Source of the DNA: Haliotis rubra
Taxonomy: Eukaryota
Length of the DNA stretch: 64,000 nt
Assembly: GCF_003918875.1 (NCBI RefSeq)
Contig: NW_025767176.1
Span: forward strand, 310,001-374,000
Reading direction: 5' to 3'
The position numbers and the translations under genes were made by a program. Under the pieces are notes generated by a model, which worked only from the letters and a program-made list of their open reading frames with translations, made no database searches and was not told the origin of the DNA. Shown here piece by piece: positions 1 to 14,109 of this stretch. Each line of letters begins with the position of its first letter. The first letter of the stretch is position 1.

Positions 1-1146
1 ATAAAAACAAAGAAACAAAGAAACAAAAACAAACCCAAACGACAACAACAACATAAGAAAAAAAAAATCCCAGCAAACAAAATGATCCAAACGTTATAAT
101 TACTAGTTTTATACCGGACGATGAAAACTTCAAGGCTAAGGTAAAAAACTTCAGCTATGTCACCCGCATCAAACACCTCATCACCATCACATGACAGTTT
201 CTGGTTTCTATAAGTTTCAGCCACCGTGTATACTTTCTTCAGTACATTAACAGCATTGCTGCTTAAATCAAAGAATACAATACACAATACACTGTATATG
301 AAAACTTTGATATACAATGTGTCTTCAATGTGCCAAATATCGTAGATCTGAGCTGTATTTGTCAGACCAGTTGCCTGTGTTGAGACTCTTTGGACTGATT
401 GCCACCTGAGTGCATTTGTTCCTCATTTACTTCCGCACCGCACAATATTCCAGCAATACAAGGGGGCCCGTAATGTAGTCTCGACAAAACAACCCAGTGG
501 TTTTATATTACGAATGATTCTCACTGAATGGGTAGGTTAATTTGCTGTCAACTAAGTCAGCGAGCCCCTTACTCGCCTCGTGCAAGCATCGGGTGCTGAA
601 GACCAATTCTAACCCGGATCCTCACGGAAATGTTTCTTGCGATCAGTATAGATTGTTAACGACAAAACCCAGCTCGTTACAGGTCTATTTGGTATACAGT
701 CCTCCCTGCATTGCTCCATTAGCGTTATAACAAGTGTTGCATTGTAACCAGGGTTGAACATCAAATGCCAATCTATTTAAGCTTGTAAAACGATGTTATC
801 ATTACCATCACACATGTTCATTATTCTTAAGAACTCGATAAATGTTCTGTGTTGGTTGTGTAAAGAAGTGAGATGAAGTTTGTTGATTTAGAAGTGGGAA
901 CTTTTACGAAAAGATTAACTAATTTGCCATGTTTTAAACTATAACCAGGAAATCGTATAACCAGAGTGGCATATTGAACAGACAAGATTGTAGATTAAAT
1001 ATTACTGACAAGAGCCACTCACATATAATCAAGTTTTGAATGACGCGATGAAGTTATGAAATCATGTCAATTGAATGGGAGTGACAGCATCACGTGTAAT
1101 GCATGAGCGCTGTTTCGATCGCTTGGCCGCTCCTTGGTAAGATGGT

Positions 1147-1349
1147 NNNNNNNNNNNNNNNNNNNNNNNNNNNNNNNNNNNNNNNNNNNNNNNNNNNNNN
1201 NNNNNNNNNNNNNNNNNNNNNNNNNNNNNNNNNNNNNNNNNNNNNNNNNNNNNNNNNNNNNNNNNNNNNNNNNNNNNNNNNNNNNNNNNNNNNNNNNNNN
1301 NNNNNNNNNNNNNNNNNNNNNNNNNNNNNNNNNNNNNNNNNNNNNNNNN
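1147..1349. other. Assembly gap (N)
   Basis: Run of N. Confidence 1.
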
Positions 1350-3574
1350 ATATTTGCAATCAACATTTAAAATGACTTTTACTTCACCTTATCAACTCTG
1401 AATATCAGAAAATTGTAACTATCATTTGACTCTGCCGTCATCCTTTCCAATCTCATCGTCATGTAATATCACTTCTACATTTAACAGGGACAAATTGAAA
1501 CGCGACATGCAAATATTATTTTTTAGTGTTGTGATCAATACGCTCCCGAAGTGATTTCACATTAGCGGAAAACAAGAGAGAATTCGCCAATCAGGAATAT
1601 CCGCTTACTGCGCCAGACCGGAAACTGACATGCACTCTGGGCAATAGCGCTCTTGAAATTGAAGCACGGAAATTGCCCGTTTTCCCGTTCCAACAATTAT
1701 TCAATAAGATTTCTATTTAGACAATTGACACTCTCAATATTTTTATGGATATGTGAAACGCTGTTGATTTGCATGACAATAAACCAACCAACCCAAATCC
1801 GCTGTGACACAGTAAAACACTGCGCCTGTGATGAATAATTAAATGTCTCGTTTAGCAAGAGTTGTAAAGGCTTTCATTGACAACAGGTACAGCGTTGTGG
1901 GTTTGGCTTGGCCCCCGATGAACATCTATCTACTGATGCTACAGAAGTTTACCCAGCCATACAAGCAATTTTATTAACTGTCCTGCTCTGAAATCGAGTT
2001 AAACTTGCACAGTGGTATTTGAGTGCAAGTAATTGATAATAACGTTATCTTTGGAAAACGTTCCTCCGAGACTCGAAGTTCAGTCGATCTGATCAAATAC
2101 TCCTCATCGATTCCCGATCTGATCTTCAGGGAGGAAATCGACTTTCTTCGTCATGAACCTCACAAACAATGTATTTGGCTTCGACTAAGTCAGTTTTGAG
2201 CTGAAAGGGAAATGAAACAGGCAACAGGCGCCGAGTGGTGGACGTAAAATAACCAATATTATCACAGTGACAGAGACAGTGATCATAAATATTTGATCCA
2301 GGTTGACAGTCTTTTAGTGAGTTTGCTTTATGTCTCGTTGAATACGGTTAGAAACGAACCATTTACCTTTTTGGTCAGAATGAGCGTGTTTGTCGGGAAG
2401 CGTGATAGATGACTCGCTCATTAGTTCTGATCAGGGTCACAATATCCCAGTGGCCTTTAGCAGAGATTTCTTACAGTAAGGCAAATGTTTTTGTCACTTA
2501 CATTTTATTAGAAACCATAACATTTTGGCAACAGAAATAGGTGAAAATTTAACTTTACCTTAGGTTTTAATAGAGAAAAAGGGCTACTGAATACTTGTCA
2601 CTTTATACGAAAAATAACCCGACGTGTATGTGCGTATAGAGAAATATTCAAACCATGAGCGTTTCATGATTTGGCTAATCACTCATTGCCTAATCACTCA
2701 AACACATCTAATAATACGTAGAACGAACCTGAGACTCCAACCAACAATCGGGATCCTGCCTCAATGTATGCTTGTTGGGGATATATATCACAACCGTTGT
2801 ATGAATACTTACAATACAAGTTTATTGAAGGTTATTCATAGTTGTACTGATGCTTGCCCAGTAACACTGTATTAGACAACATATTGGATTGAGAGGTCAG
2901 GGTAGGTGACTGTTAATGCTCATAATATCAATCACCTGTTTACCAGTCCAGGCGTGATTATTTACAAGCCACTGCTACAGAATCAAAGACAATAAATGAA
3001 GCCTCAGATACATATGTGATACATGCAAGTTAAGTAAGTCACTTAACCAAAATGCTTAAAACAACGTACACATGTGATCAATAAATATTAGTGTGTCACA
3101 AACACATGCACGGGCACATCATACGTTTTTTTACAAACACGGAAACATATTGTAGTAGTCTTAACACGAAGGTGTATCGGAAATTATTTTGGTCACCGAT
3201 GCGTCAAATTTAAAATGTCCCCCACGTGTCAGTCACAACACGTTTTGAAAGCTTTACAAAAACCTTGATTGTTGTAACCCTAAACAAACAAATTTTTGAG
3301 CAAAAAAATATGAGCTTTCAAATCAGCAGCAGGTTGTCCCAGTAGAACCTATAATCTCTTCACAAGCAGCAAGCATTCAAATTTATGAAAGTATCGACAA
3401 CCAGTGTTCTGTTTTAGAGTTTTGTCAGAGATCACGGCGGGTAATATTTGGAAATATATTAAATATTAATATGATCAGTGATTGCAATTATAGAAGAATG
3501 GCAGGGCAGGGGCGATACCACTAGACACTGGCCATTAAAGCTTTGAAGAGAGACATACGGTGCTCTGAATCATG

Positions 3575-3651
3575 CATAAATATCACGTCAATTCCCTTTG
3601 CCTCAGACAGCAATACGTAATTCGTGAGGCAGATCACTTGGGACACAGAAG
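3575..3651 (+). promoter_or_regulatory. Candidate core promoter and non-coding first exon of gene 1
   Basis: CATAAATA at 3575, TCAGAC initiator-like motif ~30 nt downstream, donor GAAG|gtagga at 3652. The coding exon begins with a splice acceptor, so an upstream exon must exist somewhere. Confidence 0.3.
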
Positions 3652-4419
3652 GTAGGAGGGTTATATGTCATTCTTGTAGGTCATGAGTCAAACTATACAT
3701 TCAGTTCGGTTCCATATACCAAAATATTCATTTAAACTATTTTGCAGAGTTCTTCAAAGAAATGACTACGAGATGCCCATTATTCTACAAATAGCTCAGA
3801 ACTGATATGGAAACATATTTGAGGATCGAGTATAATGGGTGTGAGGAAACCAACTTGCGCCAGAAAATTCCCCAGTCGTGAATGATAAATATGCCCCTTA
3901 GGTGCTGTTCCTGTCAAAAGAACACATTCAGACCTGGTCATTAGGTAATTGGTCGTGTCTATTTCTCTTGTACAATCGATAACCCCGTATTCACTTTGCT
4001 GCTTGAGGTCTCTCGAGTCATGACATAGAGGGGAGATGGTTAGTCGAGTGGTCAAGCGTGGGTACGTCACGCCCTACACCATGGTTCGATTCCAAGGTAT
4101 AAGGCGTGAAATCCTTTCTTGTGGGATTAATTGGACAATTGTTAACAAGTATAACACCATAACCATGACACTTAGGAATCTGGTTTTGGTGGCGTATCTT
4201 GTCATATGTTTAGAAATATTGTGCGAAAAAAACTGTGCACATCTTTAGATAAAAGGTTTTGAGTTTTGTATGAGATAATCTAAAATAGGTTATGAGCTGG
4301 CAACATCCAGTGAATCATATTAGTTGGGTTGGATCTCACACCGTCAATATGCATGTTGGCATACAGAGTGCACTAATTGAATTTTGTGAATTATTGATAC
4401 TAATATATTATTTATTACA

Positions 4420-7400
4420 TGTGGATTGTTTTCTCCCCACTCAGTGTATGGTCATAGCTTGTGTTTCAAGCATGTGGATTGTGTTTTCGCAGCATAGTGC
4501 ATGGTATGGCTATAACTAGTACATGAAGTGTGTGGATTGTTTTCTCCCCACTCAGTGTCCGATATGGTCATAGCTAGTCTACCAGGCATATGTATTGTTT
4601 TCTCCCCACACAGTGTACGGTATGGTCATAGCTAGTCTACCAGGCATATGTATTGTTTTCTCCCCACACAGTGTACGATATGGTCATAGCTAGTCTACCA
4701 AGCATATGGATTGTTTTCTCCCCACACAGTGTACGGTATGGTCATAGCTAGTCTATCAAGCATGTGGATTGTTTTCTCCCCACTCAGTGTACGATATGGT
4801 CATAGCTAGTCTATCAAGGCATATGGATTGTTTTCTCCCCACTCAGTGTTCGGTATGGTTATAGCTAGTCTATCAAGCATGTGAATTGTTTTCTCCCCAC
4901 TCAGTGTACGATATGGTCATAGCTAGTCTATCAAGCATGTGGATTGTTTTCTCCCACACAGTGTGTACGGTATGATTCATAGCTAATCTATCAAGCATGT
5001 GGATTGTTTTTCTCCCCACACAGTGTACGGTATAGTCATAACTAGTCTATCAAGGCATATGTATTGTTTTCTCCCCACACAGTGTACGGTATGGTCATAG
5101 CTAGTCTACCAAGCATGTGAATTGTTTTCTCCCCACTCAGTGTACGATATGGTCATAGCTAGTCTACCAGGCATATGTATTGTTTTCTCCCCACTCAGTG
5201 TTCGGTATGGTTATAGCTAATCTATCAAGCATGTGAATTGTTTTCTCCCCACTCAGTGTACGATATGGTCATAGCTAGTCTATCAAGCATGTGAATTGTT
5301 TTCTCCCAACTCAGTGTACGGTATGATTAAAGCTAATCTATCAAGCATGTGAATTGTTTTCTCCCCACTCAGTGTACGATATGGTCATAGCTAGTCTATC
5401 AAGCATGTGAATTGTTTTCTCCCAACTCAGTGTACGGTATGATTAAAGCTAATCTATCAAGCATGTGAATTGTTTTCTCCCCACTCAGTGTTCGGTATGG
5501 TTATAGCTAATCTATCATGCATATGTATTGTTTTCTCCCCACACAGTGTACGGTATGGTCATAGCTAGTCTACCAGGCATATGTATTGTTTTCTCCCCAC
5601 TCAGTGTACGGTATGGTCATAGCTAGTCTACCAAGCATGTGAATTGTTTTCTCCCCACTCAGTGTACGATATGGTCATAGCTAGTCTACCAGGCATATGT
5701 ATTGTTTTCTCCCCACTCAGTGTTCGGTATGGTTATAGCTAATCTATCAAGCATGTGAATTGTTTTCTCCCCACTCAGTGTTCGGTATGGTTATAGCTAA
5801 TCTATCATGCATATGTATTGTTTTCTCCCCACACAGTGTACGGTATGGTCATAGCTAGTCTACCAGGCATATGTATTGTTTTCTCCCCACTCAGTGTACG
5901 GTATGGTCATAGCTAGTCTACCAAGCATGTGAATTGTTTTCTCCCCACTAGTCATATGTACGTTCGGTATGGTTATAGCTAATCTAAGCATGTGAATTGC
6001 ATGTACGATATGGTCATAGCTAGTTCTATCCCTCCCAACTCAGTGTACGGTATGGCTAATCTATCAAGCTAATTGTTTTCTCCCCACACAGTGTACGGTA
6101 TAGTCATAACTAGTCTACCAGGCATATGTATTGTTTTCTCCCCACTCAGTGTACGGTATGGTCAAAGCTAGTCTATCAAGCATGTGAATTGTTTTCTCCC
6201 CACTCAGTGTACGGTATGGTTAAAGCTAATCTATCAAGCATGTGAATTGTTTTCTCCCCACTCAGTGTACGATATAGTCATAGCTAGTCTACCAGGCATA
6301 TGTATTGTTTTCTCCCCACTCAGTGTACGGTATGGTCAAAGCTAATCTATCAAGCATGTGGATTGTTTTCTCCCCACTCACGGTGTACGGTATGGTCATA
6401 GCTATCAAGCATCTCCCCACTCAAGCATAGCTAGTCTACCAGGCATATGTATTGTTTCTCCCCACTCAGTGTACGGTATGGTTATAGCTAATCTATCAAG
6501 CATATGGATTGTTTTCTCCCCACTCAGTGTACGGTATGGTCATAGCTAGTCTATCAAGCATGTGGATTGTTTTCTCCCCACACAGTGTACGGTATGGTCA
6601 TAGCTAATCTATCAAGCATGTGGATTGTTTTCTCCCCACACAGTGTACGGTATGGTCATAGCTAGTCTATCAAGCATGTGGATTGTTTTCTCCACACAGT
6701 GTACGGTATGGTCATAGCTAGTCTATCAAGCATGTGAATTGTTTTCTCCCCACACAGTGTACGGTATGGTCATAGCTAGTCTATCAAGCATGTGAATTGT
6801 TTTCTCCCCACTCAGTGTACGGTATGGTTATAGCTAATCTATCAAGCATGTGAATTGTTTTCTCCCCACACAGTGTACGGTATGGTCATAGCTAATCTAT
6901 CAAGCATGTGGATTGTTTTCTCCCCACCCAGTGTACGGTATGGTCATAGCTAGTCTACCAAGCATATGGATTGTTTTCTCCCCACTCAGTGTACGGTATG
7001 TTCATAGCTAGTCTACCAAGCATGTGAATTGTTTTCTCCCCACACAGTGTACGGTGTGGTCATAGCTAATCTATCAAGCATGTGGATTGTTTTCTCCCCA
7101 CCCAGTGTACGGTATGGTCATAGCTAGTCTACCAGGCAAATGGATTGTTTTCTCCCCACTCAGTGTACGGTATGTTCATAGCTAGTCTACCAAGCATGTG
7201 AATTGTTTTCTCCCCACACAGTGTACGGTATGGTCATAGCTAGTCTACCAAGCATGTGAATTGTTTTCTCCCCACACAGTGTACGGTATGGTCATAGCTA
7301 GTCTACCAGGTATGTGGATTGTTTTCTCCCCACTCAGTGTACGGTATGGTTAAAGCTAGTCTATCAAGCATGTGAATTGTTTTCTCCCCACTCAGTGTAC

Positions 7401-8690
7401 GCTATGGTCATAGCTAGTCTACCAGGTATGTGGATTGTTTTCTCCCCACTCAGTGTACGGTATGGTTAAAGCTAGTCTATCAAGCATGTGAATTGTTTTC
7501 TCCCCACTCAGTGTACGGTATGGTTAAAGCTAGTTTATCAAGCATGTGGATTCTTTTCTCCCTACTCAGTGTACGGTATGATTAAAGCTAATCTATCAAG
7601 CATGTAGATTGTTTTCTCCCCACTCAGTGTACGGTGTGGTCATAGCTAGTCTACCAGGCATATGTATTGTTTTCTCCCCACTCAGTGTACGGTATGGTTA
7701 TAGCTAATCTATCAAGCATGTGAATTGTTTTCTCCCCACTCAGTGTACGGTATGGTTAAAGCTAGTTTATCAAGCATGTGAATTGTTTTCTCCCAAGTCA
7801 GTGTACTGTATGGTCATAGCTAGTCTACCAAGCATGTGGATTGTTTTCTCCCCACACAGTGTACGATATGGTCATAGCTAGTTTACCAAGCACATGGATT
7901 GTTTTCTCCCCTCACAGTGTACGGTATGGTCATAGCTAGTCTACCAAGCATATGGATTGTTTTCTCCCCACACAGTGTACGATATGGTCATAGCTAGTTT
8001 ACCAAGCACATGGATTGTTTTCTCCCCACACAGTGTACGGTATGGTCATAGCTAGTCTACCAAGCATATGGATTGTTTTCTCCCCACTCAGTGTACGGTA
8101 TGGTCATAGCTAGTCTATCAAGCATGTGGATTGTTTTCTCCCCACACAGTGTACGATATGGTCATAGCTAGTCTATCAATCATGTGGATTGTTTTCTCCC
8201 CACACAGTGTACGGTATGGTCATAGCTAGTCTATCAATCATGTGGATTGTTTTCTCCCCACACAGTGTACGGTATGGTCATAGCTAGTCTATCAAGCATG
8301 TGGATTGTTTTCTCCCCACACAGTGTACGGTATGGTCATAGCTAGTCTATCAAGCATGTGGATTGTTTTCTCCCCACACAGTGTACGGTATGGTCATAGC
8401 TAGTCTATCAAGCATGTGGATTGTTTTCTCCCCACTCAGTGTACGGTATGGTCATAGCTAGTCTATCAAGCATATGGATTGTTTTCTCCCCACACAGTGT
8501 ACGGTATGGTCATAGCTAGTCTATCAAGCATATGGATTGTTTTCTCCCCACACAGTGTACGGTATGGTCATAGCTAGTCTATCAAGCATATGGATTGTTT
8601 TCTCCCCACTCAGTGTACGGTATGGTCATAGCTAGTCTATCAAGCATGTGGATTATCTTCTACCCCATACAGTGTACGATATGGGGTATA
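4420..8690. repeat. 58-bp tandem satellite, ~73 copies
   Basis: Unit GGATTGTTTTCTCCCCACTCAGTGTACGGTATGGTCATAGCTAGTCTATCAAGCATGT repeated head to tail. Confidence 0.97.
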
Positions 8691-8989
8691 GCCATAGCCA
8701 GTTATTCATTCTAATATAATATTAATTACGATTAATTATTGTGACGAAGCCTTGTAATATAGTTTTCTGCCAGCCGGGGCCTCATCAGTAAGTGTAACGT
8801 ATGGTCATAGTGCATCAGTGCATATTATAAGTTGTTCACACGGCATTAATGTGTGAGGTAAGATAAAGGTTCTTGTCGCATCAGTCAGTGTACGAAATGG
8901 GGGACGATCGGGTTGCCAAGTGAGCACGAGCTCGATTCCTCACGTGGGTACAATGTGTGCCTTGATATTGCTGGAAATAGTTATAGTTA

Positions 8990-9930
8990 TAGTGGGCAGA
9001 CTTCAAGACTTCTGTATGGTTCCAACACATGGGGACAACTCTTTCTGAGGGAATATGATATGTTAGTAGTACCCCAAAGATCTTTCAGCAAAAAGGTACA
9101 AGGCTTACCTAAGCATACTCCTTCTCATATTGCCCTGGACAGCCTACACCTTTCCACAATACAATCTTACATTGAGCGTCAATCACTCCTATTCATGGGC
9201 AAGCTCTGCAGGGTAAGTAGTAAATACTACTTCAAACGTGTCTTCATTGGTCGATTTGGTCAGTATAAATGTGACCTTAACGACGATAAACGATGCTTCT
9301 TCTCACCCGCTTTCAACATGTTCAGACTTGTACAAAAATACAGTCTTTAAACGGAGGTCAGGGACTACTTTCATGCCTGTAATCCTCTCAGCAAGCCTCA
9401 GTGGAACCAGCTGGTCACAGATAGAGTTATAAACCTCGACATATCTACTCGAATGCACAGAATAGCCAGCAGATTAGATCTGTCCAGATACATGACTGTA
9501 CGACATGAGAACACTAATAGACTCTGGCTACCGTGCAAGAGACTTCCCCTGAAATTCAATGCTATATCAAAATTGTCCAGATTGCATGTAGACCACTAGA
9601 ATCGAGAGAATGTGCATGTGGTACAGTTGTTTATGACCTTGTGAACCATGTTTTCATATCATGTTCCAAGAACATGTCAGAGAGAGAGACGAACTGTATG
9701 AAAAAGTATTTGACCTGATGGATGTCAAATGTTTTGCTGACTTATGGTCAAAAGATGACGATTTCATCATTTCATTCTTCCTTGGTGGATTCCCAGACTG
9801 TACAGAAGAGATTCAGTTTGATACCTGGTGCCAAATAATGTTAATTGTGGCTGATTTTGCCAGTAAATGCAATTTCCTGTTTCATTAACTTTCTGATGCA
9901 TTTATATACTCACTTGTCTGTAAATGTCAT
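8990..9930 (+). mobile_element. Non-LTR retrotransposon ORF2 C-terminal remnant
   Basis: LLYGSxTW...QRxFxKxVQGLPxxTP post-RT motif and a downstream CxC...H...C knuckle, with stops and frameshifts. Confidence 0.7.
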
Positions 9931-9959
9931 GTGATGTTTAAATGCTTGTAATCTTCATA

Positions 9960-10264
9960 NNNNNNNNNNNNNNNNNNNNNNNNNNNNNNNNNNNNNNNNN
10001 NNNNNNNNNNNNNNNNNNNNNNNNNNNNNNNNNNNNNNNNNNNNNNNNNNNNNNNNNNNNNNNNNNNNNNNNNNNNNNNNNNNNNNNNNNNNNNNNNNNN
10101 NNNNNNNNNNNNNNNNNNNNNNNNNNNNNNNNNNNNNNNNNNNNNNNNNNNNNNNNNNNNNNNNNNNNNNNNNNNNNNNNNNNNNNNNNNNNNNNNNNNN
10201 NNNNNNNNNNNNNNNNNNNNNNNNNNNNNNNNNNNNNNNNNNNNNNNNNNNNNNNNNNNNNNNN
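9960..10264. other. Assembly gap (N)
   Basis: Run of N. Confidence 1.
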
Positions 10265-10752
10265 TCATGGTTGTCCATGGCTGGAAAGTCATATATGACT
10301 AGTTGTGCTAACACATGTCGACCATTGGTATAAAATATGTCCGAGGAGGTCGTTTTCGGCACGGGTAATGCAGATATGTACCCTTGACAAATCAGAATAC
10401 AGAAACGTACCCTAGGACAAGTCCATTCCCAATTGTACCGTTTTCTCGATCGGAACTGTCATACATTTGCAGTCGATGCATTTGACTGCGTTATGTAAGA
10501 AACGAATATTCACACTAACGAATATTCCGCGCCGCACAATTCCAGTCACGATCAGGCGAACGGAACAACTACATACGGTTTCTGTTTGGTGTTGAGGAAT
10601 ATGTACTCGTCCGCCGTTTAGGGCACTTTTACATATTTTGACTTTATTTATGTCCGTATACAGTAGCACCTGTGTGGACAACGATTCCTCAGCTAAAATG
10701 TGGTGACATAACGGGGTCTTCATAGCGCAGTCAGGTTTCGAGATTGTAACTA

Positions 10753-11179
10753 TACTACCCATCAAAAGTTATGACTCACATAAAGCACTCACTATATGTT
10801 ATGCATATATGTGTGGTGACATCGAAGATGAATTTCTCCACTAACTTTGGGGAACCAACTGCAAACTTAATGCAGATGAACTGCACGAGGATCACGCATT
10901 AAATTGCTAAAAAGCATGTGCAAATATCGTGCATGTGAACAGCTGTTTTGTGATGTAAAATTTTGTTAACAATTCGCCAATTTTCACTCAGTTTCACCAT
11001 TTTTGTAACCCATGACAATTATCTTTTCAACGTTACGAATTTGTTTTACACTACATCAGTTCATGTGTAAACAGTACTTTTAAACAGTATGGAAAATTTT
11101 GCAAAATCTAGTTTAGAAGAGTTGACTTTAGTTAGTGGCTACATTTACACTAGTGAGTCTAAACTTTTGATGAGGAGTA
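10753..11179. mobile_element. MITE (Tc1/mariner-type), intact
   Basis: ~27-bp TIRs TACTACCCATCAAAAGTT..GACTCAC flanked by TA. A second copy lies at 44911-46362. Confidence 0.85.
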
Positions 11180-11779
11180 TATTTCACTACTGGATATACG
11201 GGCTCAGTTCCACCGCTTGCTTCATGGTTATAGATGTACATTGTGGAAACGTACAAGCGTTAGATGTCACTGTAGGTAGCCTATATAGCCTGTCTCACAG
11301 TCCCTGAACCACATTAATTTCCCTACTGCCAAGCCCTCTCTGCAGTGCTAAAGCCCTAAATAAAGCAAGTCTAAATTTCCTCAGGTTCAGAATCTCTGGT
11401 CTCCCTAGGGCTCCTTTTCAGTATAAATGGGCTTGTTTGTTACTATCAAAATTTTATATATTCAGAGACTAAGCCTTAGTCTAGTAGACTATACTGTAGG
11501 TCACTGTAGGGCAAGACAATAGAAACGTCACACATAACGTTAATGCATAATTATAGTTTCACAATTTCAGAGTTATGTTAAAAGAAAATATACAATCACG
11601 AAACAATTAAATTCTTTTAATATATCTATTTACATGAGCCTTGTATTGGCATCAGGCTCCGAACGCGTCCCGCGTTGACAAGTAAGATCGATGCTCATGA
11701 TGTCAATCACTGGATAGGCCGGTCCAGATTTAATTATTTACAGATCATACAGCAGGAAAATCAATTAGCGCAGCATTAA

Positions 11780-12073
11780 TGAGTGAGTGAGTGAGTTTAG
11801 TTTTACGCCACACTCAGCAATATTCCAGCTATATGGCGGCGGTCTGTAAATAATCGTGTCTGGACCAGACAATCCAGTGATCAACAGCATGAGCATCGAT
11901 CTGCGCAATTGGGAACCGATGACATGTGTCAACCAAGTCAGCGAGCCTGACCACCCGATCCCGACGCCTTTTACGATGTTGATCGCCGTTAGTCGCCGAC
12001 TATGCCTTTTACGACAAGCATAGTCGCCTTTTATGACAAAAATGGGTTGCTGAAGACCCCGGATCTTCACGGG
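11780..12073 (-). mobile_element. SINE-like family B, full length
   Basis: 15-bp TSD TTAGCGCAGCATTAA (11765-11779, 12074-12088) and a (TCAC)n tail. Many copies in the window. Confidence 0.9.
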
Positions 12074-12509
12074 TTAGCGCAGCATTAAGTTAAAATACAA
12101 ACAATATACTTTTAGGTGTCGCTTCACCTGGTAGCACCAGTATGAATAAGAGTTCGTGAGTAAGGTTTTACGTTGTTTCGGCAATATTCCGACAATATCG
12201 AGGCGAGGAACACCGGAAATGGGCTTAATGCATTGTATTAATGTGGTCAATCGTTATCCAGCGATCGCTTTAAGCCTCAAGGATACCCCACATCCCGGAC
12301 AATCAGAATGATACAGACACAATAGTTTTGAAATCAGTAGTACTATTCAGCCTGACGTCTTGACAATTACTGATGGCAACGTGTATAATTAAAGGGCATT
12401 TACTTTTTAAGTTTTAAAGGAATATCATATTATGTTTTTGTCATGTCTGGCATCGCGTGTATTGGGAATTAGTTTTAAAAAGACCCCCTTACACTTCCAA
12501 TATGTGTAA

Positions 12510-12695
12510 CCCCGTGAAGGTCATCGGGTGGTCAGACTCGCTGACTTGGTTGACACATGTCATCGGTTCCCAATTGCGCAGATCGATGCTCATGCTGTTA
12601 ATAACTGGATTGTCTGTTCCAGACTCGATTATTTACAGACAGTCGCCATAAAGCTGGAATATTGCTGAGTGAGGCGTCAAACTAACCTCACTCAT
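12510..12695 (+). mobile_element. SINE-like family B, internally deleted
   Basis: Homologous to 11780-12073. Confidence 0.85.
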
Positions 12696-13296
12696 TCCAA
12701 TCTTTGCATTCCCAGATGTGCATCACCTTGCACATTTGTTCCCACAAGAGGTACACAAGAGGGACAGTTTGACTTTTATTACTTATAATATCCAATGTTT
12801 TAAATATTTAGCCAGCATCATAGAGTTATCTTGTTAGGATCGTCATAAAACATGAAAGCGACAAAACCATGTACGGTAATCACAATACATCTTTGCTAAG
12901 AGGCTACTGTAGGATTCCGATTGTATCATAGGCAAGAGTTTACGATTCTTGACAGAATGACACTAGCTATAGGAGTTTCGGAGGTGTCTTGTCTCTAAAA
13001 TGGCACCGTCCCAAACACATGCAAAGGCCAGTCAAGTGTTCCACAGAAATACACATGGTAAAGGATTGCATCAAACACTATTTATGTCACATGTACGTCC
13101 AAATTTGAAATGCCTTCCCCATATATACCATTAAAACGTTTAATAGCTAAACTGAGGCGTGCAATTTTGGAAATCTTGATTAAGTTACTTTCTAGAAAGA
13201 GTCGAATGACGCTCTTTAAGGCTTCAGACAGAACAGTTGTATTTTCACAAATTGTCTTGGACCTCTAAAATATATAACTGTATCTAAGGCCATCAC

Positions 13297-13456
13297 AGGG
13301 GCGGTGGGGTAGCCTAGTGGTTAAAGAGTTCGCCCGTCACGCCAAAGAGCCGGGTTCGATTCCTCACATGGGTACAATGCTTAAAGCCCATTTCTGGCGT
13401 CCCCTGCCGTGATATTGCTATATTGCTGAAATGCGGCGTAAAACCATACTCACTCA
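13297..13456 (+). mobile_element. tRNA-derived SINE family A
   Basis: A box (TAGCCTAGTGG), B box (GGTTCGATTCC), (TCAC)n tail, 13-bp TSD CTAAGG(C/T)CATCAC. Confidence 0.92.
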
Positions 13457-14109
13457 CTAAGGTCATCACCTTTTGTAACAAAAGCTATATGCATCGCATG
13501 ACTCAAATTATTCAATACAGTTGTGTAGATTAAGTACCGTATTAACGATGGTTCTTCCATCATTCATTCATAGAATACTACTTAAAGTTTTGTGGTGAGT
13601 AGGTTTTCACAAGAACGCTGGAATGCTAACAGCTAGTTTTGGCCCAAATGTCTCGAGGCGTGAGTGTGTTTGTAAACTTGAGACAAACGAAGCGTCAAAG
13701 TTGAAAGAAGATGCCTTTTCACAAGGTTTATTTTTAACCAATCATAGTCCTCAAGAATATAAATAGATCGGAAGAGGAAGAAAAAATCATATTAATATTT
13801 TTTTCAACATCATATTCCGTTATCTTGATTAAAGTTTTGTAAGTTTGCTCTTTGAATACCAGATTGCATTACTTAATTGGTCTTGTCATTAGTTTAACTT
13901 CTTTTTAACTTCAAAGAACGTTGCCGTGGTAAATAATTTCGAAACAAATTAAGCGAATTTGATTCGTTATCATTGAGAAGAGCGATCTAAAGGAGTCTGC
14001 TGTAAAATCAATAGATGTGCAAGAAGAAGCTTAACAGCTATGTTCGTGTCCTGTTATGCTTTTAGTAATCACGATTATGTCATTTTACAAAATGCTAAAT
14101 TAGTGAGCA

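Noticed and set aside
1067-1375. ORFs spanning N-gaps (also 9927-10362)
   Set aside because: Artefacts of the N runs.
4420-8690. Regular array superficially like a CRISPR
   Set aside because: Units are head to tail with no unique spacers, there are no cas genes, and the context is eukaryotic.
13297-13370. tRNA-like sequences here and at other SINE heads
   Set aside because: They run into SINE bodies with TSDs and tails, so they are not tRNA genes.
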